Shown: piece by piece, positions 27,877 through 42,411 of the stretch | How the letters are laid out: each line of letters opens with the position of its first letter | Numbering within the stretch: position 1 is the stretch's first letter | DNA from: the human T2T-CHM13v2.0 reference genome, Homo sapiens | Length of the DNA stretch: 64,000 bases | Reading direction: 5' to 3' (one strand) | NCBI RefSeq assembly: GCF_009914755.1 | Contig: NC_060925.1 | Translations under genes and position numbers: made by a program | Notes under the pieces: model-generated | What the model was told of the DNA's origin: nothing | Database searches by the model: none | The model's input: the letters and a program-made list of their open reading frames with translations, nothing else

Positions 27877-29289
27877 GATGTAAATAATCTCCTCACTTCC
27901 TCACTTTTGCCCGCTACCAGTATCCCATCCCCAACTGCATAACATAGCTCCTCTTACCTATCCCTAAACAAACTCCAGCTCAAATCAAAATTATGCCCAT
28001 GACAGAGCCCCAGGGACTTTTAGGTGGTAATTACAGGCTTTCTCTCTCTGCCTTTCCTCAGAGCCACAGGAGACGTGCTCCAAATTTTTGCCTCTTTCTC
28101 CTTAACATCCCTGAAGGCTGAGTCATAGCACTGGAAGCTTTAGAATGTGTTCTTGCACACTGAAGGTAAAACACTATTTCTCCAAAAGTCATTACCTATT
28201 TGTCTTCCATCACTGACATAGGCCATTGTTGATTATAAGGATATTAAAGCCTGAAGCCTAAAGGCCTATGGGTGAAACATTCAATTTTTCAGTGTTATTT
28301 TGTTATTTTAAGAGCCTGTGTGACAGACATATTTAGGCTTAATAGTACCCTTAGGAAAATAAAAAGGAAAAGGCAAGATTCTATTTACTGTATATCCTTC
28401 CTCTTTCTTGGAAAATCTCACATTACATCGGAAAAACCTAAATTACATGAAGTTTACAAAATTGATTGCCTCATGAATAAACGGATTTATTATTTAAGAT
28501 GCTGAGGAGCACATTTCATTATTCAGTATCCTTGGAACAAAATATTTGAAATGTGGGATGAAAAATTTTCAAGCTGCTTCGCTAAATGAGGTAGACCAAA
28601 AAGAACATCCACACATTAACATAAAACATTCATCAGGAGATCAGCTGGCAATGTGATGAAGAGAAATGGCTACATTTTTTAATTGCTAATCAGTCCCATT
28701 AAATGTGTGGCTTGTGGCCACTTTTACTGTACTGTACTGTGGAACTCACCTCAGATCATGAAGCCTGTATTTAAAGATTTTATAAACTATCCACTAGAAG
28801 GAACTAGAACCTTCTAAAATGATGAGGAAGATATGCATGACCAAACACCTTAAAAACCAATTAGTTTCATTACCTGTTTGGTTCAAGCATTGAAGTTCAA
28901 TATTTCTGTAACCCACAAGCTTTCCACAAATACAGCAACCGAGAAACACTGTTTCAATTTTTAACGGTCTTGCCCAGTTCATATTTCCTGGCTTATCTCT
29001 GAACTCCCCTCATCTCCTCTCCCTAAGTCTGTTTATGATGTGCTGTTTTATCAAGGTCAAATTCCATGGGCAAGTCATCGGCTTCATCATTTGTCTCAAC
29101 AACATTTTCAATAAATGTTAGACCCTCAGGGTCTTCAAGACAATGTGAGATACATATATATATACATCTATGTTTACTTTAGAGAAAAACAGCAGGGGTT
29201 TCACATCTCACTGATTTTAGAACTAAGTATAGTGAAGGGAAAAAAGCTTAAAATAGGATTTTCAATCTGGAAGGAACATTTTGATTTTT

Positions 29290-29410
29290 CCAGCTAACTC
29301 CTTCCTTTGATAAATAAACTCAGAGAGGTAAAGTGATTTTCTTAATGTCAAACAGCCAGTTCGTTGCTGCACTAGAATTGGAACTGAGATATTTGACTTC
29401 CAGTCCTGGT
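29290..29410 (-). mobile_element. MIR
   Basis: aaactcagagaggtaaagtgattttcttaatgtcaaacagcc. Confidence 0.65.
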
Positions 29411-29874
29411 TTTTATCATCATTTTTTGAAGTGGTGATCTGCATAATTTACCAATGTCTTCCTTATCCCCACATTAAGTTAGGCATCAAATCTTCAATGT
29501 ATTTATTTTCTGGTCTTTCCTCCCCAGTGCTGGCACCACTGCCTGCTCCAGCCCCTCACTGTCTCCTTCTGGATACTGCGGGGTCCCTCTGCCCAGCTGT
29601 CCTGCCACAGACCCCCTCATACCAGCTGCTTCTCCATGAGGCTGCGAAATTACTCCAGCTAAAAGAACAACTCAGATCACAACTGCTTAAAAACTTCATT
29701 CGGCTTCCTATTGTCTCTAAAATCAAGTCCAAGCTCTTTGCCCTCTTTTACAATGTTCTTTGCAATTGTCTGGATCTCCAGCTCCCCCATGCCATCTCCA
29801 CAAACTCTACTTTAGTCTTAGGGAGTATTTCATGTTCCTTTCCCCTGCCCACCATGGTTTTTGACATTCCTTGT

Positions 29875-30232
29875 TGAATTAGTCCGTTCTCACACTCCTA
29901 TGAAGAAATACCTGAGGCTGGGTAATTTATAAAGAAAAGAGGTTTCACTGACTCACATTCCACATGGCTGGGAAGGCCTCAGGAAACTTACAATCACGAC
30001 AGAAGGCACTTCTTCACAGGGCAGCAGAAAAGAATGAGTACAAGCAGGGGAAATGCCAGATGCTTATAAAACCATCAGATCTCATGAGAATTCACTCACT
30101 ATCATGACAACAGCATGAGAGAAACCGCCATGATTCAATTACCTCCCACTGGGTCCCTCCCATGACATGTGGGGATTACGGGAATTATAATTCAAGATGA
30201 GATTTGGGTGGGGACACAGCCAAACCATATCA
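29875..30232 (-). mobile_element. THE1 (THE1C-like) MaLR solo LTR
   Basis: Ends ttcaagatgagatttgggtggggacacagccaaaccatatca; TSD CTTGT/CTTAT. Confidence 0.9.
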
Positions 30233-31045
30233 CTTATCTATCTGGAAATACATCCTGTTTGTTTGATTACTGGGAAATCCCTAGTCATCCTTAAACAGCC
30301 ATTCACTTCCTCTTAGCTTTTGTAACACTTTGGGAAAGTGTCAAGCCCACCTTGGTTCCTTCAATAATCTCTGCTGGTCCCCAGTCCCTCTCTCCAGCAT
30401 GACTTGCTGGGCCACGCCTAACTTGCCCTGCCCACTGCATTAGCTCAGACCTGGCTCTGCCTCCTAGGGTGATTTTGCCTGTTCAAGACTCAGAATGTTT
30501 GGTTTCTTGATTCTCATGGCAGTCTTTTTTCTTAACACTGGGTCTCTATAAATAATCATGTGTTATGACCTCCCTTGTTATCCATCCAAGACCCTGGCCA
30601 TTTGCACCTAACAATGACTTCTCACACTAGGAATGTGCTCCCAAAGGCAGCTCACAGCAGGCCTGACCCATTGACCCAGGAGGATAGACAGTAAAAAGAT
30701 TTATGTAGAACTTCTCATTCTGCAATGATGCAAAGTGCTTGCATGTTTGTCTACCTCTTTAAACAGTGAATTACTTAAGGTCAGAGACTATGTCTTCTTA
30801 ATCTTTAAATGCCAATGTCTAAAACAGTGCCTGACATATAGCGAGCATTCAATAAATATATGAATGGGTGCAAGTGATAATGGTAACAATAAAGCCCAGT
30901 GAAGTGAACAGAAAGTTAGATGGGAAGTCATTACATTCCTGGACCAAAGAAGTTCATTCTGAAGAATAAATGGTGTAATATTATGATTTAGATAATAGAA
31001 ATCAGATTCAGATACTAATTTATTTTATTATAATAAAATGCAATA

Positions 31046-31474
31046 CAGTTGACCCTTGAACAAGAGGTTAGAGACACCAGCTCCCTGTGCAGGTGAAAAT
31101 CCATGTATAACTTTTGACTCCCCAAAAGCTTAGTTACTGATCGCCTACCGTTGACTAGAAGCCTGACTCGTAACATAGTCAAGTAATACACATTTTATAT
31201 GTTATGTGTATTATATACTGTACTCTAACAAAAAGTAAGCTGAAGAAAGGAATATGTTATTAAGAAAATCGGAGGGAAGTGAATATATATTTACTGGTTA
31301 TTAAGAGGAAGTGGATCATCATAAAGGTCTTCATCTTCATTATCTTCACATTGAGTAGACTGAAGAGAAAGAGATGGGGTTGGTCTTGCTGTCTCAGGGA
31401 TGGCAGAGGCAGAACAAAATCTACGTGCTAGTGGACCTACACAGTTCTAGCCCACGTTGTTCAAGGATCAACTG
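31046..31474. mobile_element. Tigger2a
   Basis: TIRs CAGTTGACCCTTGAACAA / TTGTTCAAGGATCAACTG; TA TSDs; 429 bp. Confidence 0.88.
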
Positions 31475-31519
31475 TAATTACAAGAGTAGACCATTGAGTT
31501 ACATGCTCATTTCATCTGT

Positions 31520-31860
31520 CTGCATCAGCTAGGTTTTGCCGTGGTGACTAACAACCCCAAACCTCAGTGGCTTAAAGCAACAAAGATTTCCCATTCATTT
31601 TGCATGCCTCATGCGGGTGGATAAGGGAGCTCTGTTTATCAGAGTCACTCTGGGACTCAGTCTGATGAAGGCTTTATCTTAAAAAGTGTTTTCATGATGG
31701 CTGGAAAGTCGTGGACCAATGATTTCCACCCAAACCCATTTGCTAGAACCAGTTCCATGACTATGACTCACTTCAAAGAGACATGAAAAACAATCCTAAT
31801 GCACTGAAAGGAAAGGGAAGCTGGATAGCAGTGAAGCGGTCATGTCTACCACATTCCACC
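31520..31860 (-). mobile_element. Old MLT1 LTR
   Basis: aacaaccccaaacctcagtggcttaaagcaacaaag motif. Confidence 0.6.
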
Positions 31861-32063
31861 CCACGGGTCACTACATACTCAGTTCTTCCTTCCCCGTGCA
31901 GAGCACACTTGCCCTGTCACATCTCTGCTCCAGCACTGCACAGTGGGTAAATGTGTGTTGGTGGTAGGGGAGGGAGTGAGAGCCTATCTTTTCAGCTCAT
32001 ACGTTTCTAGTTCAAGAGGAATTACATCTGACCTGACGTAGAAACAAATGTTTATTACCCACT

Positions 32064-32515
32064 TGTGTTAGTTTCTTAGGGCTGCTGTGACAAAGCACCA
32101 CAAACTGAGTGGCTCAAAACAACAGATATGTATTGTCTCACTGTTCTGGACACCAGACAGCTGAAATCAAGGGTCAGCAGGGCCACATGCTCTCTGAAGC
32201 TTAGAGGGATAATCCTCCTTTCTCCCTCCCTGGCTCTGATGGTTTTCCAGTGAGCCTCAGCATTCCTTGGCTTGCAGCCCCAGCACTTTAATCTCTGCTT
32301 TTATTGTCACATGACATTCTTCCTTTGCATCTATCTCTTCTACTCTTCTTATAAGGACACCAGTCATTGGATTAAGACCACCCGAATTCAGTATGGCCTC
32401 ATCACAACTTGATTACATCTGCACAGACCTTATTTCCAAACAAGGTCACATTCACAGGCACCAGGGATTAGGATTTCAACATATCTTTTTACTGGACACA
32501 ATTCAACTGATAACA
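32064..32515 (-). mobile_element. MLT1B/C LTR
   Basis: tgtgttagtttcttagggctgctgtgacaaagcaccacaaactg...acacaattcaactgataaca. Confidence 0.85.
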
Positions 32516-32579
32516 CCTTCCACCTTCCGCTCCCTAATATAACCCCTCATATAGGCACTGTTGCCTGTCACCCAGAAAT

Positions 32580-33060
32580 CATGAATTTTGAGCTCTGTGC
32601 CATGACTGGACAAGACTTTTGTGTTGATTCCCTTAGGAAGGATATTTATGTATTCTGTATGAGTGAAGGAGATTGAGCCAAATATTTGGTGTCTAGATGG
32701 CGGGCTACGGTAGATATTAGAGATCCCCACCAATATTACCAGTTGTCTTCCATCCAGTCAAACAATAAGAATAGAACTCCCTGCTCCCATGAAACTAGAT
32801 GTGACTATGAAACTTGCTTTAAGCCAATGTAATGTGAGCAGAAGTGATACATTTTATTTCTGGATACTAAAATTTAAGAAGCAAGGTATAATTTTCCACT
32901 TTTTCTTTATCTTCCATGTTGGCAAGTAACTTTCCAGATTGTGAAAATTATGTAATAAAAGTCCTTATGTGAAGACAGCATTAAGAATCCTGCCAAACTG
33001 ACTTGTACTGAACATGTAGCATGAGTAATAAATGAATCCTGATAACAGTAAGACATTGAG
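32580..33060 (+). mobile_element. MLT1 internal 3' end plus LTR relic
   Basis: ttgctttaagccaatgtaatgtgagcagaagtga and tgtagcatgagtaataaat motifs. Confidence 0.5.
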
Positions 33061-33069
33061 TTGTACATG

Positions 33070-33660
33070 TATACACCCTATGACACAGCAGTTTCATGCA
33101 TACATCAGAAAGATTCTTGCACATGTTCATTAAGGAAACATGCACAAGTATTTTAGTTAATAATATTATTTGCAGCAATAAATGGCAATCAGCTCAAATG
33201 CTCACCAATTGTAGGTTGAAATAAATAAATAACTTTTATATACATAAACTGAACAACATACAGCAATGAAAATGAATGGATTATAAACACAAATATCAAT
33301 ATGGATAATTTTTAAAACATCATATTAAGCAGTTATAGAAAATCTACATAGGTTTGATTGCAATTCTATAATTCAGTCAGAATTAATCGACATATTGCAT
33401 AGGGATATAAAAATGTATAGTAATAACAGTGGAAAACACCAGGGAACAAAATTCAGCTAATTACTACCTCTGGTGGATATGAAGTATAATGCAATTGAAG
33501 AATGCACACAGAGAGCTCCTACAGTATAATTCATTTTCTAACATTGTTTGCAGGCACATGATATTTGTTTTATTATTGGTCTTCAAACCCCACATATATG
33601 CTTTTATGTACTTTTTGCAATCTATACTTCACAACTGTTAAAAATAAAGCAAATCTTAAG
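33070..33660 (+). mobile_element. L1ME 3' fragment
   Basis: Decayed L1 3' motifs (aaacatgcacaag; acagcaatgaaaatgaatg). Confidence 0.6.
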
Positions 33661-33664
33661 TAAA

Positions 33665-33960
33665 AATATATGTTTTATATATATAAGAATATATATTATA
33701 TATATTCTTATATATAAAAATATATATTATATATATTCTTATATATAATTATATATAATATATATTTAAATATAAATATATAATAAATATAAATATATAT
33801 TTTATATAATATATTTTATGTATTTATATATAATATATTATATATAATATATATTTTATATTATATTATGTATATTATATTATATATATTATATTATATT
33901 ATATATATTATATTATATATATTTTATATATTATATATAAATTTTATATATAATATATAA
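33665..33960. repeat. (TA)n-rich low-complexity tract, ~300 bp
   Basis: Almost pure A/T with degenerate TA and TATAT units. Confidence 0.95.
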
Positions 33961-35086
33961 AGCGCATTATAGAATGCCCTTGTAGAAGTTGATCTATAGA
34001 AGTTAATTTATACAAGTTAACTTCTAGCAATGTTAATTCGTGGTTAAGGAAGTAATTCCATGGTTATTTTTTCCGTAAAATGAAGTATAATTTTTTTGCA
34101 TAAATACTTATTTTCTCACATCTAACTCTCTGCATCTCTCAGCTTTATTAAAGCAGGGCTGGCCTTTCACTTTTTAAATTTTTGTCCCTTTCCCTTTATG
34201 GGATTAAGGAGGAAAAATAGAAAATCACAAATATATGAAGGCCTCTTTTGGGAAAGGGGGATTGTCTTCCCATGCTAGTGAAGCAGCTACTCGATCAGCA
34301 TATTTCCATTTTGTATCTTTATATGTTTTTATTATTTTAATGGTTTTTCTTTAAAATGTTTACCATAAATACTTCCTTGTAGCAAGATAAAAATTAATAT
34401 CTAACCACTTTCCACAATAATATTTTAGAACTTTTTAATTCTCATATCTTTCCTGTTGAATTTTAATTATCATATCCTCCCCTGCTCTTTTTAAGAATAT
34501 TGGTTCATTCCATTTTTAAACTCTATAAATTATCTTAACAATGCTAGTATAGATTTACTTACAGGTTTGACAATTCCTTTGCACCCATACTCCTTGGATC
34601 TCAGAAAATTCTTCCTCAGATCCTTTGATTTCTTCCTAAAGCATCATTTGGAATTTCCTTTAGTGAGAGTCTGTCGGTGGTAAACTCATATTTTTCTATT
34701 TTTGAAAATGTTTTCATTTTGCACTAGGTCCTAAAAGAGATTCCCCGGGCTTGTAATTCGAGATTAGTAGTTATTTTCACTTAGCACACTGAAGATATTA
34801 ATCCATTCTTTTCAAGATTCCGTTGTTACTGTGCAGAACACCTCTAGCAGTCTATTTCCATCATCTGTCTTTTCTCCCCATCTGCTTTTGTGCTCTTCTG
34901 TTTGTCTTTGGTGTTTCATTATAAATCATGAGTTTTTCTTTATTTATTCTCCTGTGTGCATATTGTTGTGGAAATTTTTCAGCTATTGACGTTTCAGATT
35001 TTGCCGTTCTGTCATTCTCGCTATTTCCTCCTTTGATGAGATGCCTGTTAGATATTCCCACTCTGTCCTCCATAGCTCTTAACCTC

Positions 35087-35510
<424 letters not shown>

Positions 35511-36020
35511 TAATAATTGAATGTCTTACTTCAACAATTATATTTTTATTTTAAAATTTTTACATTTTATTTTTCCAATCCACCTCCTCATTTTGTAAAG
35601 CCTTTTGTTTCTTGCTTATTTTCATAATGCAATCTTGTATTTCTTTAGATATTTTATACATAATTAACTTATATTCTGTATTTGTTAGTCCAATATCCAA
35701 AGTCTTTGAGACCTAAATGTTTTATGTTCTTCTTAACGCTGTTTCCCTGTGTGTTTGTTGATGAATGACTGTGAGGTAGTATTTGGTTGATTTTGTCCAT
35801 GGAAACCTTAGAGGCCTTCTCTCCAAAAGGATCTGTGTTTTCTTCTGCCCAGGCTCTGGGAGAGCATCACTGAGTTATAATCATTTCAGCTTCCTTCTAA
35901 GGTTTCAGGGTTAATGTGGAATTCTCTATCTTAGCTCCCCTGTTTTGCTGCTGGCCCAAAGATTAGACTCCTAGTCACAGGGATGACATTGAAATTATCC
36001 CTAAAATAATTCATCATTTA

Positions 36021-36188
36021 AGCCGGGCATGGTGACATGCACCTGTGATCTCAGCTACCCCAGAGGCGGAGGCAGGAGGACCACTTGAGCTCAGGAGCTT
36101 GAAGCTTATAATATGCTATGATTCTTCCTGTGAATAGTGACTGTATTCCAGCCTGGGCAATATAGTGAGATCCCATATCTTTCTAAAA
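36021..36188 (+). mobile_element. FAM (fossil Alu monomer)
   Basis: Monomer retaining the 7SL-derived cctgtgaatag segment that dimeric Alus lack. Confidence 0.8.
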
Positions 36189-37611
36189 AATTTTATTTTT
36201 GTTTATTGCTTATATCTTCTTTCTCTAGTTAACTCATTTTTTGGTGGGGAAAGTACGGAACTTTAGAGATGTCTTTAATTTCTTGTAAGCCCTGAAATGA
36301 ATTAAAAATTGTGGGTTTCGTTTTTGTTTTCTGTTTGTTGTTGTTGTTAGCCCAACAGCTCTCCACAGCAGAGTTTATTCCACTATACTGCTCTCTAAAT
36401 GTGTTCGGTTTGACTTACTTTTCAACTCTGAAAAATAAAAGGGAAAGCTAGTTTATTTTGCTTAACTTGCAAGTATGAGAAAAGCTCATAAATTTCTTGA
36501 GTTTTATACCCAAGAGTATAAAATCCAACATTATTGGATTTTTCAGGGGCTATTTAATACCTGCCCTTTGAGCACTAAGATAATCTGAGGGCTGGGCACT
36601 TTTCCTGGGGACACAGGATTAGCAGTGATCTGAGCCCCATTAATGTTGGAAAAACTTAACATACTAATGTGGTTTAAAATCACAATTTCTAACATTATGA
36701 CTACCTATTTTTCTGTCATCACTCACAGATATTCAGACCTTAAACAATAAAAGGTATAGAACTTTTCTTGCCTGCCCTCCCTCCTGTAATTATGCTTTCC
36801 AACATCACTTTGGCAAACCCAAATTATAACGAGATGGCAAAAATCTTGAGAGTTCAAACACTATATTAGGCTTGAGGTTCAAGAGATTTTTCTAACTGAG
36901 GAAAAAGGACAGCTTCTCTGATTAGCTGTGTGTGTTATATTTATTAACTTGCAAGTCCTCCAGAGCCTTTCCTTGACTTTGAAGAGCATGGAGCGTGGAG
37001 TCTGCTCCTCCTCTGAGCGTGAGTGAATTTTCTGGAGTGCTTCAGTCCTACCAGATGTACTCCAGTCTTCACTCCACATCACTTTCAGAGCCACTTACTC
37101 TGTCCCTGTTCCCTAAGTTAAAATCTTTCCTGTGTTCCATGACCATTTAGAGAGACACTCAATTCACAGCGCTGTTTGGTGGCGTTAGCTGCTATTACCA
37201 AGGGCAGCATAAGATTTCAAAGATTTAGTGGCATGTTCAGGGCTGATGCCAGAAAAGTTTTTGGAGTAGCTCAAGTTTGTAATTTTAGATTTCCCTTCCT
37301 CCCCTGTATTTCTCTCTTCTTCTCTCACCGGGCCTCAACAATGTAGGAACCTGAGTCCATCAATGGTGTCAGACTCCGCTCAGGTAGTACCCATGCTCCC
37401 CAAATCTTTCGTCTTCCTCTCCACCAAACACCGTCTTTCAATGAGCAGAGGTGGTATCCTAGAAGAGACGGCATTTGAACTGGATGTTGAAGGATGATTT
37501 TGTGTCTGCCAGTGACACTAGGGTAAGGGCCAATACAGATGGGCCTGAACTCACTTAGCAATTAATTTACCCCCATGTGGAAATAACTGATAGCTTTTAA
37601 GTTTCCAGAAG

Positions 37612-37636
37612 TTTTTTTTTTTTTTTTTTTTTTTTT
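37612..37636. repeat. poly(T) tract
   Basis: About 25 consecutive T. Confidence 0.95.
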
Positions 37637-37762
37637 CATTTTAAAACTGGGTGCTCCTTAAGCTTAGTAACTCTTTTGTTGATAGGATTTCAGGATATGT
37701 GGAAATATTTTGCTTTTTTTCCACTCCTTCACATCCTTTTCCACTACTCCATTACACAAAAT

Positions 37763-37820
37763 AGGATGGATGGATGGATAGATAGATAGATAGATAGATA
37801 GATCTGTAGATATAGATAGA
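37763..37820. repeat. (GGAT)n(AGAT)n tetranucleotide STR
   Basis: Read directly. Confidence 0.9.
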
Positions 37821-38918
37821 TTTAAAAAGAAAAGGTGAGGAATAGTGAAAATATTATAATTAGGTATACCAATGATACTATAACTTAACACAGCCTAGAA
37901 AATGGGAAGTAATCAGAAGACCATCAATGATAGCAGTTACAACTGGCAGGGCAGGGAGGTGGTTGGGCTGTTATAAATTACTCTGACAATAGGCTAAGCT
38001 AGGACTTGAATACTAGGTTATAAATGTTTTCCCTCATTCAGAGGCTATTTCATTACAAATTCAGAAATTGCACTTCTGCACTCATTCTGCCTTGATAACA
38101 TTCAGAATCAGAGTGATCTGTCAGAGGGATAAAGATACATTATTTACTAATTTGAGAGATGTGAAAGTCAAATAGATTCATTCTTTAGAAATTACCATCT
38201 AAAACAGAGGAGCAAGAGCATGGAATGGTGAACTTTTGTTTGTAATATTAAAAAAATCAGCTGAAATGTCTCATCTCTCACACTGTGGATCGACAAGATT
38301 GATATCCCATCAGTAAATAATTACGCCTCCATTAAAAAGAACAATTTAAAAACATATACCCAAATATGGGAGAGGTGCACAGTAGTTAAGCAAAATGGGT
38401 TATAGAAACATGTGTGCCCAGACCTTAAAAACAATTCAGAGAAACCTATAAAGAGAGCCTACCCTTACATTTATTTTACAATGCAGGTATGTATCCTTAA
38501 TTCCTAATTAAAACAAGATTTGTAAATAAAAGAAAAATTAGTTTTTATTTTGTATTATGATCTTTGCATGTGTTTACATGACAATAAAGACATGCAAAAA
38601 TCATAATACATGATGATCAAGTGTGGTTACTTGACCAGAATGCAAGCTAGAATTAACATTTGAAAAAATATAATCCATCACATTAACAGACTGAGAAAAA
38701 TGGCATGATTATCTCACAGACAAAGAAAAATATACATATGTCAAATTCTACATGCATTCACGCATGCTGGGAATAGAAGAAATAAAACTCTTATCAAATT
38801 AGGAATCTATGGGAATTCCTAAACCTAATAAAGGATATCTACCAAAAACCTAGAACAAAGATCAGCTTAATGCTAAAATGTTGAAAGCAGTCCTGTTAAC
38901 TAAAAAAAATTAAGTAGG

Positions 38919-39254
<336 letters not shown>

Positions 39255-39849
39255 CTAAAGGACCTAGTAGTACAATAAGAAAACAAAAAAAAGATATTAA
39301 GATCAGAAATAAACAAAACTAATTTTCTTACAGATTAAATGATGGTTTATACAGAAAATCCTAAGAAGCACTACAGAAGTCAATACTTAATAACAAAACC
39401 TAAAAATTTAAAGATTGATGTTAACTTTATTGTATTTATATACTATATTAATAGTCAGGAAATGTAATTTTTAGTTTGTCATACACAAAAGCAAGATAAA
39501 ATTTGAAATAAACCCAACCAAAGATATGTAAAGCATTTATCAAAAAATTTTAACTTTGTTACATTTTCTTTTATTCTTTACACGTGCATTTAAAACGTTC
39601 CTTAGTAAAATATTTCATAATATAAAATAAAATGTTTTAAATTATTATAAAATGACTGTGTATTAAAACTGTTATAAATAAACTTACCAAAATATATAGT
39701 AATAAAATTTTATTTGGAACAAGCATATTCATTTAAGAATATGATCATGTAAACTGTATCTGTTTATACACAGAAGTCTGGAATTACGTAAACAAAAATT
39801 TTACCTGTTATTTTTCTACCTAACTTGTTTCACAAAAACATGTTATTTA

Positions 39850-40060
39850 CTGTATGGCAGACACTATTTTTTATAAGTACTTTACAGATATTAATTCTTA
39901 TAATCTTTATAACAACTCCATGAGATACATACCATGATACCCATTTTACAGATGACTCAACTGAGGCCCAAATTAATTGATTTGCACAAGGTCACATAAT
40001 TATTAGATGGTAGAACCAGGATTTTAACCCAGAAAATTTGATTCCAGAGTCTTAACCACT
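39850..40060 (-). mobile_element. MIR
   Basis: cccattttacagatgactcaactgaggccca...caaggtcaca. Confidence 0.8.
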
Positions 40061-40842
40061 TACATTAGACTATGTTTTTTTGTGGTCATTTTTTATTTCT
40101 TCTTTATACTTTGTAAAACCATAAATTTCATAATGAACACATTTTACAAATAAAATCAGATTAAGTCAATCCATTTAGTAAAGCCAAGTAATGCATTTTT
40201 TGGCTTTGCTGTGGGATAGGAAATTTACATAAACATAACATGACAGAAGAAGACTCATAAAAAGCCAGTATATTCATTCTGTATTGTATAATTTACATTT
40301 TAGCATTAGGTTCTGTATATTTAAATACTTCCAATGATGCTGCTTCCACAGACTCAAAACATATGCTGATGTTACATCTTAATTCCCTTTTGTTGTAATT
40401 CCATCTTGGTTCTTCCTAAAAAGATATCTGGAGCAAGGAGCCTGTTTAAACTTCTTACTGTGCATAGCATCCTTCCTTCCCTACTAATGTTGGTAACTTC
40501 CCAGCAAAACTGTCAGATTTCTTTACAAGATTACAAGTAAATTGACTACAGCACTGAAACCTTCAGTTAAGATGGTTAAGATGACCTTCTTTCCAGGTCA
40601 CCTTAATGCTAAGTGGGAGAACTGAGAGTTTCAAGTCCTCACTGAATAGCTCTACAGATGAGCCTGACAGCACCACGAATTTGGCCTTGATCCAATGCCT
40701 ACTAGAAAGCTAGAGGCCTCCTGTTAACTCACATAATCTTTAGCTCACTTCCTAGATTTCATACACGTTTTAATCAATATCTATAATGTGCCAAGGACAG
40801 TGCTAGACACCAAGAATATGACAGCAAAAAACCATGGTTCCT

Positions 40843-40992
40843 GGCCAGGGGCATTGGCTCACGCCTGTAATCCCAGCCCTTTGGGAAGCTGAGGCGACGT
40901 GGGTGGATCATCTAAGGCCAGGAGTTTGAGACCAGCCTGGCCAACATGGCAAAACCCTGTCTCTACTAAAAATATTTTTAAAATTTTTTTAA
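40843..40992 (+). mobile_element. Alu left monomer only
   Basis: Ends at ctctactaaaaata; flanked by ACCATGGT(T/C)CCT direct repeats. Confidence 0.85.
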
Positions 40993-41856
40993 AAGACCAT
41001 GGTCCCTGCCCTCAAGAGTAGAAGGAAATGATGGCCCTCCAGTTCTGAGGTAATAAACTCAAATGCCTACCAGGCCAAGAAGATGGCATGAGTAAGGTTC
41101 TAAGGGAGACAGGGAGACTATAGAGAAATGAATTCAGCAGGCACCAGCTAAGGTGACTGCCATTATTCCTCTCCAGCAAATTGGTTTCATGCTAGAATGT
41201 GATATCAGCGTTTCTAAATTTCTAATTTTTCAAAGGAAGCCAGATATTCATATTTTATAAGAAATGTCCCAATTCTTTAATGACAGCAAGCTATTCAAAT
41301 TTCTTTTTTAATAATATCATATAACTCAACAAAATGCATCTTAGGGACAGCTAGGCCCTATATGCCATGAATTCACAACAATCTCTGCTTGGTTCCGTGC
41401 TCTTTCATCAAAGAACTTGATATGTCTCTCTGGGTTAAAATCTGAATAATCTCTCCAAAGTAAATCCAGATGAGCTCCCAGGACTTTGGGCCCCCAGATA
41501 GTTTCCAGAGGCAACAGGTAAATGCTGCTACCTCCTCCTCATTTCAAAGTGTGAGATGCACACACGTACAGTTCTTTGCTTGTTGACAAGAGCCTGCATA
41601 ATACAGACATCTCACTGACCTTGACTTTTCACACTTTCCCTATTTACACTTCACCTTCCAGCAAAGAAGCCATTCTCAGCTCATGGTCTTTGGATAAAAT
41701 CATCTTCTGCCTGGAATATTTCCTCTCCCCTGAACCTGATTAAGCCCTACCCATCCCTTAGGTCACAGCTCAAATATCTATTCTTTAAGAAAGGCTGATC
41801 ACAGCTCAAATGTCTATTCTTTATGAAAGCTTTTCCCAGCTCCCCAGGATAGATCA

Positions 41857-42411
41857 TGTTGCCCTATAACACAAACCCTGGTAGCAGGGTATAGGGTTCA
41901 AGGGATTTCCTGACCGATCAAGGAGAAGGATATGATAGCAATGCATGACAAGCTTTATTGGGCAGAATTGAATGATAGTGAAAGTCTCCTATGGCATAAG
42001 ACTGTCCTGAGGCTCACAGCAAAGGGGCCACCAGTCAAGGAGGAGGGCAAGTGAATTCCCAGGGGAAAGGGAATGGGAGAGGGGACTTACTAGATGATGT
42101 TGCTCAGCAGTGCAGCAGGGCGTCTCTGAGTCAGAGAGCTCTTAAGGGCAGTAGCAGCTTGGGATCTTATGGCCATAGGCTCTAGTTTATCAATGGCAAG
42201 CAGAAGATAGGTTTCACAGGGTGTGCAAAAGAGGCAAAGTGTACCTGGCTAAAAATCTGCTTGTTGTGTGTTATGTTTAAAACAATTTGATGTATTAAAA
42301 TTTGAGTTTGGCACCGGAAAGCTTTTGAGATAATTGGTCTCAACCTCCAGTGAAGAAACAAACAACCTAGGGGCCGATTCACAGAGGGCATCGTTGGCTC
42401 ATTGATTAACA
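41857..42411. mobile_element. Probable ERV LTR, family not assigned
   Basis: TGTT...AACA termini, ~550 bp, minus-strand AATAAA near one end; interrupts L2-like sequence. Confidence 0.45.

Noticed and set aside
29431-29877. 148-aa ORF
   Set aside because: Non-ATG start, overlaps L2-derived sequence, no recognisable protein family
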